Shown here piece after piece: positions 1 to 12,856 of a stretch of 64,000 bases of DNA; position 1 is the first letter of the stretch, and each line of letters begins with the position of its first letter. Origin of the DNA: Antedon mediterranea (lineage: Eukaryota > Animalia > Echinodermata); the NCBI RefSeq assembly GCF_964355755.1, contig NC_092671.1:33366304-33430303 (forward strand). The letters are read 5' to 3'. The notes beneath the pieces are model-generated. The model saw nothing but the letters and a program-made list of their open reading frames with translations, did no database searches and was not told where the DNA came from. A program made the position numbers and the translations under genes.

Positions 1-1603
1 TAAATTATTCAAGAAATACATAATAAACATATAAACCTTCTATTCATATGTCTTAATATAAAAGTATAGTTGAATATTGATATTATCACAATTTGACATA
101 TATATATGTTATATTGGCAATATTCAAATAAATGTAGGTCAAATGTACATTTAAAACCACCTTATTAATTCAAATTGTGATAATAAATGCTCCATAAAAA
201 GAAATAATTTGTTTCGTATATGTAATACAACCTAAATAACAATGAAACCGCTGTAATAAGCATGTTTTTTTAATAGGAGTAATTATAAAATAGGGATTAA
301 TCCAATTGCTATTCATGAGGCAGATATATTATACCTGGAGTTAAACAAAAGTGTCCCACCCTATAAGCACCATGTTCAACAGAGAGTGAAATCTTAAACA
401 AATCATCTAAAGTTCACTGACCTGGTCTTCCCATACATCCAAAATCGCATAAAGAATCCACAAACATCGGGTACAATATGACAAGAGCTACAACAGCTTA
501 TTATCACCAAGACCTCGCATGTATTCCTTCCAATCGACAACCGTAGCAACAAGCAGCAAAGAAAATGACACAAAAGACTATACTTGTACAGTCGCCATTC
601 TTTCTCTGAACTCACTCAAACAGTCCACAAGAGTCTAGACTTCTACGCACTCGCAAAACGTTCCTCTTATCATATTAGCCCAATTGCATACATTAACCTA
701 GAAAACTGACCTAATTGCATGTCTTCTTACAGCTAACACTACTCTCAGATTACGTTCTTAAGGGAAAACACATGCCACTTCAGCTTGCCTGGTCAATAAA
801 AACTTCTACAACAATTGTGGACATATAGTGTACTGGTTTTATTTTTTTCTCTTCCTTTCATGTATGAATATTTATTTATTTTTTTAAAGAATAATTCACA
901 ATCATTAGAATTGCCATCTGTTTCTTATGTTATTATTTCCTATGGTAACAGATTGATTGATATTAGGCATTCATTTCTTTAATTGACATAAGCAAAATCT
1001 GGAGAAAAAAACTGGGACTGTTGTGTCACCTACAGAACATGTTATAAAAATAATTTATCATTCAATCAAATTTTAGAAATCCTAATTAAAGCATCTGTGA
1101 TTATATTGATATTCTAGTTAAGTAATATTATTTAAAACAAACCCAATAACACCACAGGTGACATAATTGCATTAATATCAGAGTCTATGAATACTATCTC
1201 TATGATAGGATTTAAGATACAATTTCTTTTAAATTAAATCTGATTACTTTAATTAGAATTAATTATTATCTATTATATCATCAATCATTTATTCATTCAA
1301 TTGTTACTATGTATCTCTTTAATCTCTTTAATCTCTTTAATCTCTTTAATAAAAATATACTTTATCACATTATGAAAATAGACATATAAATTATACAATT
1401 GTTTTCCAATAAAAACAATCACTAATGTTAAGTAAAATTTAAAATTGGAAAATATTTACAATATTATTACAAAAAACATAAAAAGATCGAAATATAAAAG
1501 AATAAAACATTTAAAAATAAAGAACGAAATACATTATTCTGCCAGAACAATTAAAACATTTAATATATATATTCTTTACTGCAAAGAGTACACATATCTT
1601 TAA

Positions 1604-2077
1604 AGCTGTGTCTTATTATCAAACTTTATGTTACAAAAAAATGTGATGTACCCATATATGGACATGATGATGTCATATCACTACCATTTTTTAGGATATC
1701 ACACTTTTTTGGTCAAACTAGTTTAATAGTGTAGACAGAGCATTCAGATTGTCACCAAATAAGTAACAATCTGAATCTTTAATATGTGTTAAAAACAGGA
1801 TTTCCCAGGGATCACACTTTCTGTAATAACTATTAAGGTATTTAAATAATAAATGTTCTTATTAAGTAATATTGTTATATATAGTTTTAGTTTAAATAAA
1901 GTCAAAATCTTAAAGCTCTATCTACACTATCAAACTTTATGTGACAAAACATGTGATGTGCCTATATATAGACATGATGATATAATATCACTACCATATT
2001 TGGGCATATCACTACCATACAGTATTTGGGTACATCACACTTTTTTGTCAAACAAGTTCGATAGTGTAGACAAAGCT
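1604..2077 (+). mobile_element. Two copies of a ~140-190 bp MITE (1604-1741, 1914-2077)
   Basis: TIR AGCTCTGTCTACACTATCAAACT, with TTAA flanks on the second copy. The family recurs at 37682, 49131 and 60489. Confidence 0.85.
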
Positions 2078-5000
2078 TTAACCAAAAATAGTTAGGAACG
2101 AAAATGGGCTAGGTTGACCAAACATGGTAGAAATTGGGTTATTTAAGCATGGGTCATGAAAGATGGATGTAGGTAATGTCATTTGCAGATAGCTACTGGC
2201 TGCTAGAGAGTATCACCACACACATTGTGACATCATGAATAGGAAACCATATGAAGGAAATAGATGGAGAAATATATAAAAAGAACAAGAATGTTTATAT
2301 GAATAGAGAAAATCTAGAATGATAGACATAATAGTAAAATGTTAGACAGATATCATGAGGTAACTAGTAGATGCTCTTACCGCAATAACCTTTAATTCAT
2401 TTTTCATGCAACAGAAAAACAAACTTGCCCTCAACTATGTCATAGGTACATGAGTGAATGACATGAATTCACATTCAAAAGCAAATAACAGAAAAAATAT
2501 GTAAAAATAGAATATATTTTACAAAAAAATGTTGGCAATAGTAAAAAGTTAGAAAAAGAAATAAATGAATGACCAAACCACCCTCTCACTTTAAAATTGA
2601 TTTAAATCTTTTACTAAGAATGCCTAGAAATGAAACTAGAAAAAAGATAAATATATAATAAATAAAAATTGTGATAAATAAAAAATAAAAATTAAAAAAA
2701 AAATAATTAAATAAATAAATGAGAAAATATTTTAAAGGAATATAACATATATTTTAAAAACTACTGGATATTGAACAAGTAACTGACAAAAAGTAATTCA
2801 CAAAAGTAAGATTCAAGTTTCTTGGAGAAAAAACTTAAGGTACAAACAAAACTATGATAACTATTGTAATATTCTACCTCAAAATTTGTTTACGACAAGA
2901 AAGACCTTATGGTCAACGTTGCTTACATAACTGGTACAGATGCTTATTGACCATAATGACCCTTAAACATACAGAAAACTTAATATCAATGACCAACTTT
3001 AATCAATACAATTCTTTTATAGCCCTTCCCTTGTTTTGACTTGAATAAGTCTGCAATAATTCTCTTACGTCTACAAATAAAGGATGATTTTCATAATTTT
3101 GAATCCTATGGATATAAATAAATATTTTGATTAAACAAAACAAAGTAAAGACAATGAAATTTAAATTTACTGTATTTCAATAAATACTGAAATTAATGAA
3201 ACAAAACCAAGAAAAATATTACAAAAACAATGAAATATTACTTTAATTAATATTTTAGCAAACAAAACAGTGTTTTTATTGTAATGATTGATTAAAACTG
3301 CTATATTGAGACAATCTAAAATTACATTTTATTGCAAAAAAAAAATCAGAAAAGAAACTTAAGAAAATTACATTAAAAAAAGCTGAAAAGTTTATCATTA
3401 AAATGTAGAACGCTGTGCATCAGGGCCCGAGTAAAGACAGGCGCTACATATCAAAAAAGTTATACGAGCAAAGCAAAAAGATTGTGTTATTTAATAATTT
3501 TAGTCAGCAACAGACATTTACATTTTATTTTTACACAGAAGTAGAACTGAATACAAACTAGTAAATTCACTGAAACATTTACGAGCAAATTTGATGTTAA
3601 CAGAATAACACATTTCAAGTTATTATTTGTCAGGCGATGATACTATCTTTAATCCAGTTAATAAGTCTTGAGCACCTTTCAAAAGAGTTCACCTATTTCT
3701 TTTCTCCTTGCGTTCTACATCACCACAAAAAATTCACATTAAATTTCATATACAGTACATCATGACAGTATCTATTCATAAGGGATCATAACTATTCTAC
3801 TGCAGTTACTGCAGTTTCAATTCATAATAAATTTCAAATAAAATTATATGTAACAACAGTATATATGTGTTCATTAGAGATCACCGCACATTATTATACT
3901 GCAGTTACTGCAGTAAGTATATTTTTCACTTCATTGACATGTGATTATATTTTGTTTCAATGTAGAAGTTTGAGAGTCACTTTATTTTAGTAAATTTTAT
4001 GACATGACAGTATGGGATAATGGCAATATTGCAATTACTGTAATAACTATATTTTTTTTACTAAAATAATGTATGCTTATAATTTGTTTATATGTATATA
4101 TAAGTTTCAGTCAATAACAATATATAATATGCACTGCAGTAACTATTATTATACTTATAACAAATAAATATATATTTTCATATTGCACATTATAGTAAAA
4201 CAAGATTGAAAATATTATTAGTGAATATAAATGGCATTTAGTGATTGAAAATGATATTGTCATAAATGGTTTTTAAATCTATCTTTATTAATTTATTTTG
4301 CAAAATGAGCTGTCTCAAAGCAGAACTCTTTTATATATACACTTGTTCTACGTTTATTTCTTTGTCATTAATTTTAACCTGGTAGTAGTTGTCATCTACG
4401 GTAATCTAGCTAGCGATAATACGAGCAAATACTCCCAGACGAACCAGTAAACAAGACGCAAGATGTAGGACATGTCAAACTAAAACTCCACTAGATTAGC
4501 ATTTAACTACGAGCAATCTACAATCGAACAGGCAGGTATTGCTGCCCGATCAACCACTACTGGCCTGACCTCGAAAAAACATCATGTGCACAGGTAAAGG
4601 AAAACCTGAGGGGTCAACGACATGATGATGACCGTGTTAGCTTGATGAGCTTTTTCATTAAAGCGCATATACATTGCAACTTAATGACCCAAACTAATCT
4701 GGCAATCGCGGTGAAAATGCACCACCTGGACTGGCCTACGAATGACCCATCCTACACATTCTTACATCACATTGCTTTTCGAGACGCATGCCTCTTAATT
4801 TGAAATCGTGCGGCCGGATTAAAGAGATACTAAGTTTAGAATAATGCAATTTAGCGACTAATAAAGTAATCAAGTTTTTGGGATATATCTATAATATGAT
4901 GGCGAAAAAAAAAGACATTGCAGAATTGTCGTGTAGGACATTCACTTTCGAAAGAGGAGACATATTACGCGGCGGTTATTAAAGTAAAAGATTGATGTTT

Positions 5001-6037
5001 AATGGATTTAACAACATAGATACCTCAATTCAGAGAGATATAGGACTACGAATTCAATCCAATTTAAAATATTAGTTACTGGTATCAACTGAAATTACTT
5101 TTTTAATACATTGGAAAAAGAATAGAAAAATAATACAAGAAAATTAAAAAACTTCTTTTAGATTCACAATACTTAAAATTTATTTTTATTCAAAGACAGT
5201 TATTAATTTAAATTTAAAACATAATTTTAATATATTTAAATAAGAGTTTTAATAAAAGAGGTTTGACTATAATTTTAAATTTAATATAATTTTAATATAT
5301 TTACATAAGAGTTTTAATAAACCTAAAATATTTTCTAATCAATTTATTTCAGAGATCATGGTTGAACTATTCTATTGCACTTAATACAATAACATATAAT
5401 AACATACATTACTGTAGTAAACATACAATAACTGCAGTAACCACAATAGTACTTTGATTATTCCACTATTTTTATAATTTTGATTAAACCTTTTTTTTTG
5501 TAAAAAAAATATCTTTTTTTTAAATGATTTTTTATACTTGGTGTCGTGATCAGATTTATTTAACAGGAACATTATATTGTACATGAGATATGAATATGAA
5601 ATAAAAATAAATTAATTAATTTTAAGATCATGATCGCTGTCCATCTAAATATATGAGGAATGACATAATTCCTCAATCATATGTGAAAGGACAACTGTTC
5701 ATGACAGTAAAAAAATAATAATAAAAAAGTATCAAGAGAAAAAAACAAGATGTTCTTCTAACATAGTGGTACATACATATAAGTTGATTCTAATAGATGG
5801 ATGATTATGACAATTAGAATAAAGAATTCTATCAATCATAAACATGACATATGGAAGGTTTTAATGACAAGATTCATAAAAGCATCATAATTTTAAAATA
5901 ATTTTTATATTGAAATGTTTCTACATACTCTATATTAAAAATACTATTCCTTTCCGATGTGTGTATGGTTATAGTAAAATGGTGCCATGGTGCAGATTCA
6001 GTTGTTTGAAAGGGTTAGGTAAAGACCTGTGGTGCAT

Positions 6038-6336
6038 TCAATCGCTCAGGCTTGGTTGGACAACGCATATGGGTGGAAGACGGAAGAGGTGGGTAGACTT
6101 CACACTGCCATTGGTTAGTCTTTCGAAAAGAGATGATTCATTGGTTGGACATTTTGGAGCTTTGATACCATCATGCAGTACTCTTGGTTTAGGAAGATTT
6201 TGGAGCATCCATCTTCTGACATTATGCTTTCCAGAGTCTGTTTCCATTTTGGAATTGTTGTTGTGCCTATATGTTCTTGTACAATTTTTATCTACTTTAA
6301 TATAATTAGATTCCTTAAAGTATATTCTTGGAAAAA
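6038..6336 (-). CDS. Candidate terminal coding exon, unknown protein
   Basis: attttag|TT phase-1 acceptor, open for 98 codons (FPRIYFKES...FRLPPICVVQPSLSD*). GC higher than flanks. Phase-compatible with the 25289 donor. Confidence 0.45.
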
Positions 6337-6814
6337 CTAAAAATAATGTAAGAGGATGTAATATAAATTGTGTTTACTTCCTTTCTACGATGGTATCATG
6401 TAAATAGCTAACTTCATAATGGTATCATGTAAATAGCTAACTTTATAATAATAGTATAGGTATATGCAGAAATACTGCAAAAAAAAAACATTCATTCATT
6501 CTATTTGAAAAGTAACGATAAACTCAGATGTTACCACTGTTTTAGAGTGATGTTGAAAACCTTTCTATTACTTTTCAAGTTATGTATTCCACTCAAAAGA
6601 GAAAGCACCTGATTTGGTTTATCCAGGTAACTTTAGGCACAAAACAAACTACATATTTATCACATTGGAAATCAACAAACTCTGAACAATATTAATTTAA
6701 AATGCTAAAATCAGGAACCTTAAAACAATATAGATATGGAACTAAAATATTTTGGATTAGTAATGGAAAAAATTCAAATGTGTAAAATTAATAATATTCG
6801 TTTTTATATAGCGA

Positions 6815-7178
6815 TTATTACACAAGTGCTTCACATACTACACCAGTCATTTTTTTTTTATCAAACACAAAACATACGCCCATAATGCAGCTAGTAATCA
6901 GTTGTGTCTTGCTAACCGGTACCCATTTATACCTAGGTGGAGAGAGGCAAACGTGAGTAGAGTATCTTGCCTTATCAAACGTTCCCAATTGATGAAACAT
7001 TGGGTAGGGTTGTCTAAAGTATTTTATAACACACATAATTAGTTAAAGTTAAATTTGTTATGCATTTTGTTGTAGGTAGGAAAAAATGAAGATTCTATCT
7101 TGCCTAGGATACAACAATGCGGCGAGAGTTGGAACCTCAATCTCACGATCAGTAGTCCAACACACTGCACCACATGCC
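6815..7178 (-). mobile_element. tRNA-derived SINE interrupted by an insertion
   Basis: Minus strand reads a tRNA-like head (7110-7178), then GGCAAGATACT...TGCCTCTCTCCACCTAGGTATAAATGGGTACC, a body typical of invertebrate SINE2 families. Confidence 0.7.
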
Positions 7179-8956
7179 CTTATATGTATGTCACTGGACA
7201 TTTATTTAAGACAAAATTGAATTCAGAAAAAAAATCCAGTTAATAGTTAATGGCCTATTTAGCAGAAACACACCCCAAAAATTATTTTTATTTCACTCGA
7301 TTTAGAATTCATTAAAAAAATATAGAAGAAATGACAACTAAAATTATTAATATATGAAGTGTTCAAGGCTATTCTTTTAACATAGGATAAACTATATAAA
7401 TAAATGCTTAAGCTTGGATATCCTAAAAAAAATCCTATAGTATATCTAAACCCAGTACGAAAATAAGGCTTCAAACTCTTAAAACGCAAAAACCTTGTAC
7501 GCATATTAGGATGTTGAAATCTCCAGTGATTTAGCAAATATTTCTGCATGTGAGAACTCCATGTAATCTTAATCACATTTTTTATCCTAGCAATGAATTG
7601 TTGATTCAAGCATTTAAGGCCCTTTTAAAAAAAATATTTCTCTCAAAATTGTCCGTAGAGTATGTAGGTGGCGCTGCGTGGTTCCTAGCGCAACCAAAAA
7701 TGCGTTCAACCTGCCTGAGTGACTCCTAGGTCACCAATGGTTTGGAATAGGCTTATTGAAGTAGTCATTTTAAAACTTAATAATTTTCAATAAAAACAAA
7801 CTAAAATTTCAAAAGATCACTAAATATTTGTTTTTAATAATCTATTTATTTTTTAACTACAGTTTAAGTTTACTTTACTGTTTATCAACATTGTAGAGCT
7901 GACTGCATTTTTTGGTTGGCTAGCAACCATGCAGGGCCCTCTATCGTTACCGTGATACTGTATTGTGTTTGGAAAATTCAGATATTTTTATGTGTTGACT
8001 TATACTTCGGCCATAATAAATAATGCATGGCAAAGATAGGGGCTGAACGGTACGGTAGTAGTATCTACTCTATTATAAAGTTATACACTTCTTAATGATA
8101 TACAGTAAATTATACAATTGTGTACATCATATAAAATACAAGAACATGTGTATGGTGCACACAAATTGAACTAAATAACCGTGAAAAAAGCATGTACAAA
8201 TATGAAATCACACATACATTCTAAAAGTCAATTCATAAAATTGGTATATACAAAAGTAGAACCAGTGCTTTGGACACTTCTCTATTCAGGGGACACCCAT
8301 ATTAAGAGGACATTTGAATCCTGTAAAGCAACCTAGGGACAATACAAAGCACTATGGCCAACTGTGATTCAGGGACACTTTGTTTGGTCCAAAAGTGTGT
8401 CCCCTTAATGGGAGTTTCTATCTTCACCTACTTGTAATAATTGAAGGAAATAATGCAAAATTAGTATTCATTTCTTTATTTATTCCTCCGTTATTTATTT
8501 GCGACATTGGTTATATTTAAATCCTACTGATGCAAGTAGGAATAAATGTTTAATAAAGGAATTACCGGTACTAACCATGTTATTCACAACAAGAAAATAC
8601 ACACTTGTTAGATATTTTTCATGCCATAGTTGAATGAACGAGACGTAATACAGTTTAAATTTGTTGTTCCGATGTAGACAGAAGAGCGTGTGCATTGGTT
8701 TTTATTGTAATCTCAGAATAGTTATATTGTATTGGATAATAAAATTGCAATGCTTTGATGTGCTCGTAAGCAAAGATAATTATGTATTTCATGAAATGAT
8801 ATTACATTTTTTATTACCATGAATAGAGCTTAAATATACTGCACACAGTTGCTTTCAACTCTATTATTAGTATATAAAATGTAAGATCATCTTTATGAGT
8901 AAAACAGCGCCACCAGTTTCATAAACATTGATTGGAGTTTTTCCTTATATGGAACT

Positions 8957-10256
8957 CAGGGGTGCAGCCAGTGGGGGGGTCACGGGGGTCCTGACCCCCC
9001 TTTTTTTTAGAAAAAATAAATAAAAACATGAGACAACAATACAGATCAATCATCCTGGAGATACTGTGGAAGATTACTACCGAGCAGTATTACCAAATCA
9101 ACTTCTTGATTACAAACCGAGTTAAAAACCCGTTTTTCTGCCGATAACAGGCCATGCTTTAAAATATTTGGCGTAGCACCCGAGTCTATCGTGAAGTGTA
9201 ATGTTGAAGAAGTCTTCAAGGAACTTGAATTTGGTAGGATGATCTGCCAAGACACAAACATCTTCATTCCGAGCTTCAGTGATGGAAGCGACTGTGTAAA
9301 ATTAGCGGATCCAGATGTGTTCCCGAATGTGTGTGCACTTCTTCTAATCGCGTAGGCCTATGCCCGTAACGTCTGCTTAAGCTGAGCGGAGTTTTTCGAC
9401 TTTATGGAGAACGAAAACCTGTTTGGGAAATCACATGTCTTATGAGCAGCTTTCGGGATTGTGCCTCATGAACATACACTTTAACATGAACATTAATACA
9501 GAGAATGTCATTCGCGAATTCTGTCTCCAAGCCAAGAAGAATGTTCCAAACTTATGTTTAAAGATGCATCACGCGATGTCAAGAGCGCCGTTATAGTAAC
9601 TAACGTAAAATGTATAATAATAATTTAGAAGTTAGTTATTACAATTATGTATAAGCTACTATCACCTATACTATACATTCGAACAAAATAGGTATATTTT
9701 TAAACAAAATATTGTATGTACTGGGTATGATAAGCGTCTCACATACACACGGAGCCAATATAGCTTCTTGGACTTGCATAGTGTATGAACTCTAACCTTA
9801 CGGTTCTCATTTAATAATATCACTCCCTCCATGCTATCATTCTAATTTCTTTTTTCAAACTTTTGCATCTCTACGTTCATTTCATGCAACTTTTGTATTG
9901 GTGAAAAGGGAGGAATTCAAATAATTCCTCCTCTGAGTTTACAGCCTCTCTACACAAATCAACAAACAAGCAAGAAAAAAAGTGTTTGTCTGTGGCAGCC
10001 TGGAATATAAAAATGTTCTGTAATGAAAATGAGAGTTGTTTTTTGTTTTCTTTGTTTCAGTTTATTAGTGTTAACATTGTCATATTTGTGTGTGCGTAAA
10101 CCGATTCAAATGATCTAGATTGCCCTAGACCGCCAAAGCCCAACCGCGGGGCCCTTGGCGTCCCCCTGGCCCCCAGCCCATGGTTGCTCGCTTCGCTCGC
10201 AAAATACTCACATATTGGTTGACCCCCCCTTTAATTCTTTGCTGGCTGCGCCCCTG
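8957..10256 (+). mobile_element. Internally deleted hAT transposon with decayed transposase C-terminus
   Basis: TIRs CAGGGGTGCAGCCAG / CTGGCTGCGCCCCTG and perfect 8-bp TSD ATGGAACT. About 9050-9545 translates, with stops and frameshifts, to FPNVCALLLIA..MPVTSA*AERSFSTL..K..L...M...LSGLCLMNIH (hAT dimerisation domain). Confidence 0.93.
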
Positions 10257-11043
10257 ATGGAACTTATAAAGAGAACAAACTAGGGACATTAAATAACGCT
10301 GTTCATTGAGTTCTTAAATATTAAACTGATTCTATATCTATAAACATTAATTTAGTTTCAATATTATTTTATAATATCTCATTAATAATCACATGATGAA
10401 TATTTTTATATCTGATTTTATCATATAATTTCTCATTTATAATAATGTACATTAACTATAAAAAATTAAAATAATTTAAATGTTATATGAATCATAGGTG
10501 TGTTATTATCAGAATTTGTCATTTATAACAATTACAATAATTATTCCATAATTATTCCTTTTAGTCATGATGTGCGTTGTTGTAACCTTTAGGAACATGT
10601 CACGAATGTGAGAACATGTTTAACAAAACCTTTTTTTCCGTCTCCCTTAGGCTTCCAACATTAGGAACACAAAAGCATTAAGAAACAGTATGCAAAAGAA
10701 GCATAATTACTATTTAAAAATAAACTTTTAAAACACCTATGGAACGCTGGGAGTGCCATTAATGGAAGAATAGTACTAAGGCATATCAAACGTTTCTCAC
10801 CCCTGTTTTTTTTTTCACATACCGTAGTAATTCGTAATCCAGTGACAATTTGCGAGTCGAGTGGTCCGGAATATGGTCACCACCCACAAACTATAATCAT
10901 AAAATTGATGTAGGTTCGAGGCTCTCCTCAGCCATTAGTTCTGGATGGAACTTCTTGGGTAGGACTTATAATACAACGTTCAGTGGTTCATCAATGCATG
11001 TTGCAAATGATATAATGTCATCTTTAAGAAGAAGTGTTATGGC

Positions 11044-11212
11044 CAGTGGCGTAATGCAGAGGCCTCTGGGTAAGGTACCCTAAGTTGCCCGTTTTTAACC
11101 TTATACAACGTATTTTAATGCCATTTTCCCCTCCAGGCCCTGGTCGGGTGCCCCTATAAGCTTCGAGGCCCCTGAATCTATCCAGTTAGCGCTCATAACC
11201 ATTACGCCACTG
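11044..11212. mobile_element. hAT-type MITE
   Basis: TIR CAGTGGCGTAATG / CATTACGCCACTG with a degenerate TSD. A related decayed copy lies near 48190-48348. Confidence 0.75.
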
Positions 11213-11832
11213 GTTCTAGTTCAAGTCAATATTGTACAGTTCTAGTCACTATGAAGACATGAAATAAATAAGGCACTTGGCAATGATATTTTGTTAACAT
11301 GTATACAGTAAATACTGTATAAATATCAAATAAAGACTTGAACGTTTTATTCTTCATATCAACCAATACTTCACTGTCTACTGCAACCAAACACTATTTA
11401 CAACTATAAATAGAATAGAATAGAATGGTCTCAAAAGAATAAGGTATTCTTTGAAAAAATGATAGGATATTTCTTCAAAAATAATAGATTTACTTTTTAT
11501 ACTTTACATTATGCAGTTTGTAATATTGCAATTATTTTTTTTAATCAATTGGGTGTGATATCGTAAATATCTAAGCTTCCACTTACCCTAATGATTACTT
11601 CTAAGTAGACCCAGGTAGGGGTAAAAGAATAACATTAGCATAAAAATAAATGAATATGGCTAGAGAATAGATTTAATGACTTAAAACAATTGTATATTTA
11701 TTGTAGTACCAATATATGGTAGATGTGTATCTATCTTACTGTATCTTCAACTTTTGTATTACATTTTAGAAATCTGCCTCCAGAATTTAGAGAGTATTAT
11801 TTTTAGCATGGCTAGTTTTATTTTTACTTTAA

Positions 11833-12856
11833 CACTTTGACTGCCAGAGGTTTTTCCAGTTAGAAACTGCCACCGCCAGCGTTTTCAGCCCAATTAGATG
11901 TTTTTATTAAAGCTGATTGAAACTATGTATGTAATCTGATTTATATGTAATTTAGACTAAAATAATCATAAGGATTTTAGCTTTACAATGGTACCAAGTA
12001 TGATTTTCAAATCACAATATGTAAATCGTAATAGCAAAATAAAAGTAACCAACTTTTTTAGTTTTTCATAGTTTCGCGCAAGAAAGTCGAGATAATTGCG
12101 ATTTTGTGCAAGACATCACAATATGAAAATATCGCCCGGTGAGATCAACAAACAACGAAAAAGTTACTTACACGGCACCGATAGGCCTATAAAAACAAGT
12201 TATCACTATCAAAAAATGTATTACATTTTATAAATCATAAATCTTACATCAATTTTTCGCCAAAATCCACATAGTAAAGACACCAGGCCTAGTTAACCAG
12301 GCCTGAAGTTGGTCCGGAACCCTTTTACGACTAGGACTAGGGTAGCCTAGTACTACTAGCCTAGTAAACTGATGATAATATCCATACCATTTCTAAACAA
12401 GTTTGTTGTGTGAAACTCGGTTACTTACAGTGAAACACCAAAACAATTAGGGTATACATACAATAATAAAATGAAAGACTTCATATTGAAAATGACTCCA
12501 TTATTTTTTATTCAGAGAACAAACAAACATGCCAATCCACAAAAACCTTTGTAATGCTTCAGCGGCATAGCTAGCGCGCGACCGATACACAATGCGCCAA
12601 GCCATCGCTCTATGCGCTACTGTGATGCGCGGTGTATGTTATTCCGACAGGTACCATTTTGACAGTCGTTCGTAACCAAATTAGTTACTTTCAAATAGTA
12701 AAATATTGACGGTCCAGACCGAATATAGTGTCCATATTTATAGTATATACCAATAATTAATCTATCTACCGGATTTCGTAAAAAAAGATCTTCATGTTTG
12801 GCAGTCAAGCAATATGTTTCCAAACACGAAGATCTTCGTGTTTGGAAGTCGGAGTG
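11833..12856. mobile_element. Non-autonomous piggyBac-like element
   Basis: TTAA on both flanks. TIR CACTTTGACTGCCA vs CACTCCGACTTCCA. Subterminal palindrome CCAAACACGAAGATCTTCGTGTTTGG. Confidence 0.8.

Noticed and set aside
3403-3449. Small imperfect hairpin ATGTAG...CTACAT
   Set aside because: The stem is short and interrupted, and it matches no ncRNA family I recognise.
5910-6305. 131-aa plus-strand ORF
   Set aside because: It starts at TTG and is the antisense shadow of the better-supported minus-strand exon candidate.
10855-10940. tRNA-like A and B boxes (also at 22000-22063 and 50610-50680)
   Set aside because: No complete cloverleaf; these are SINE heads rather than tRNA genes.
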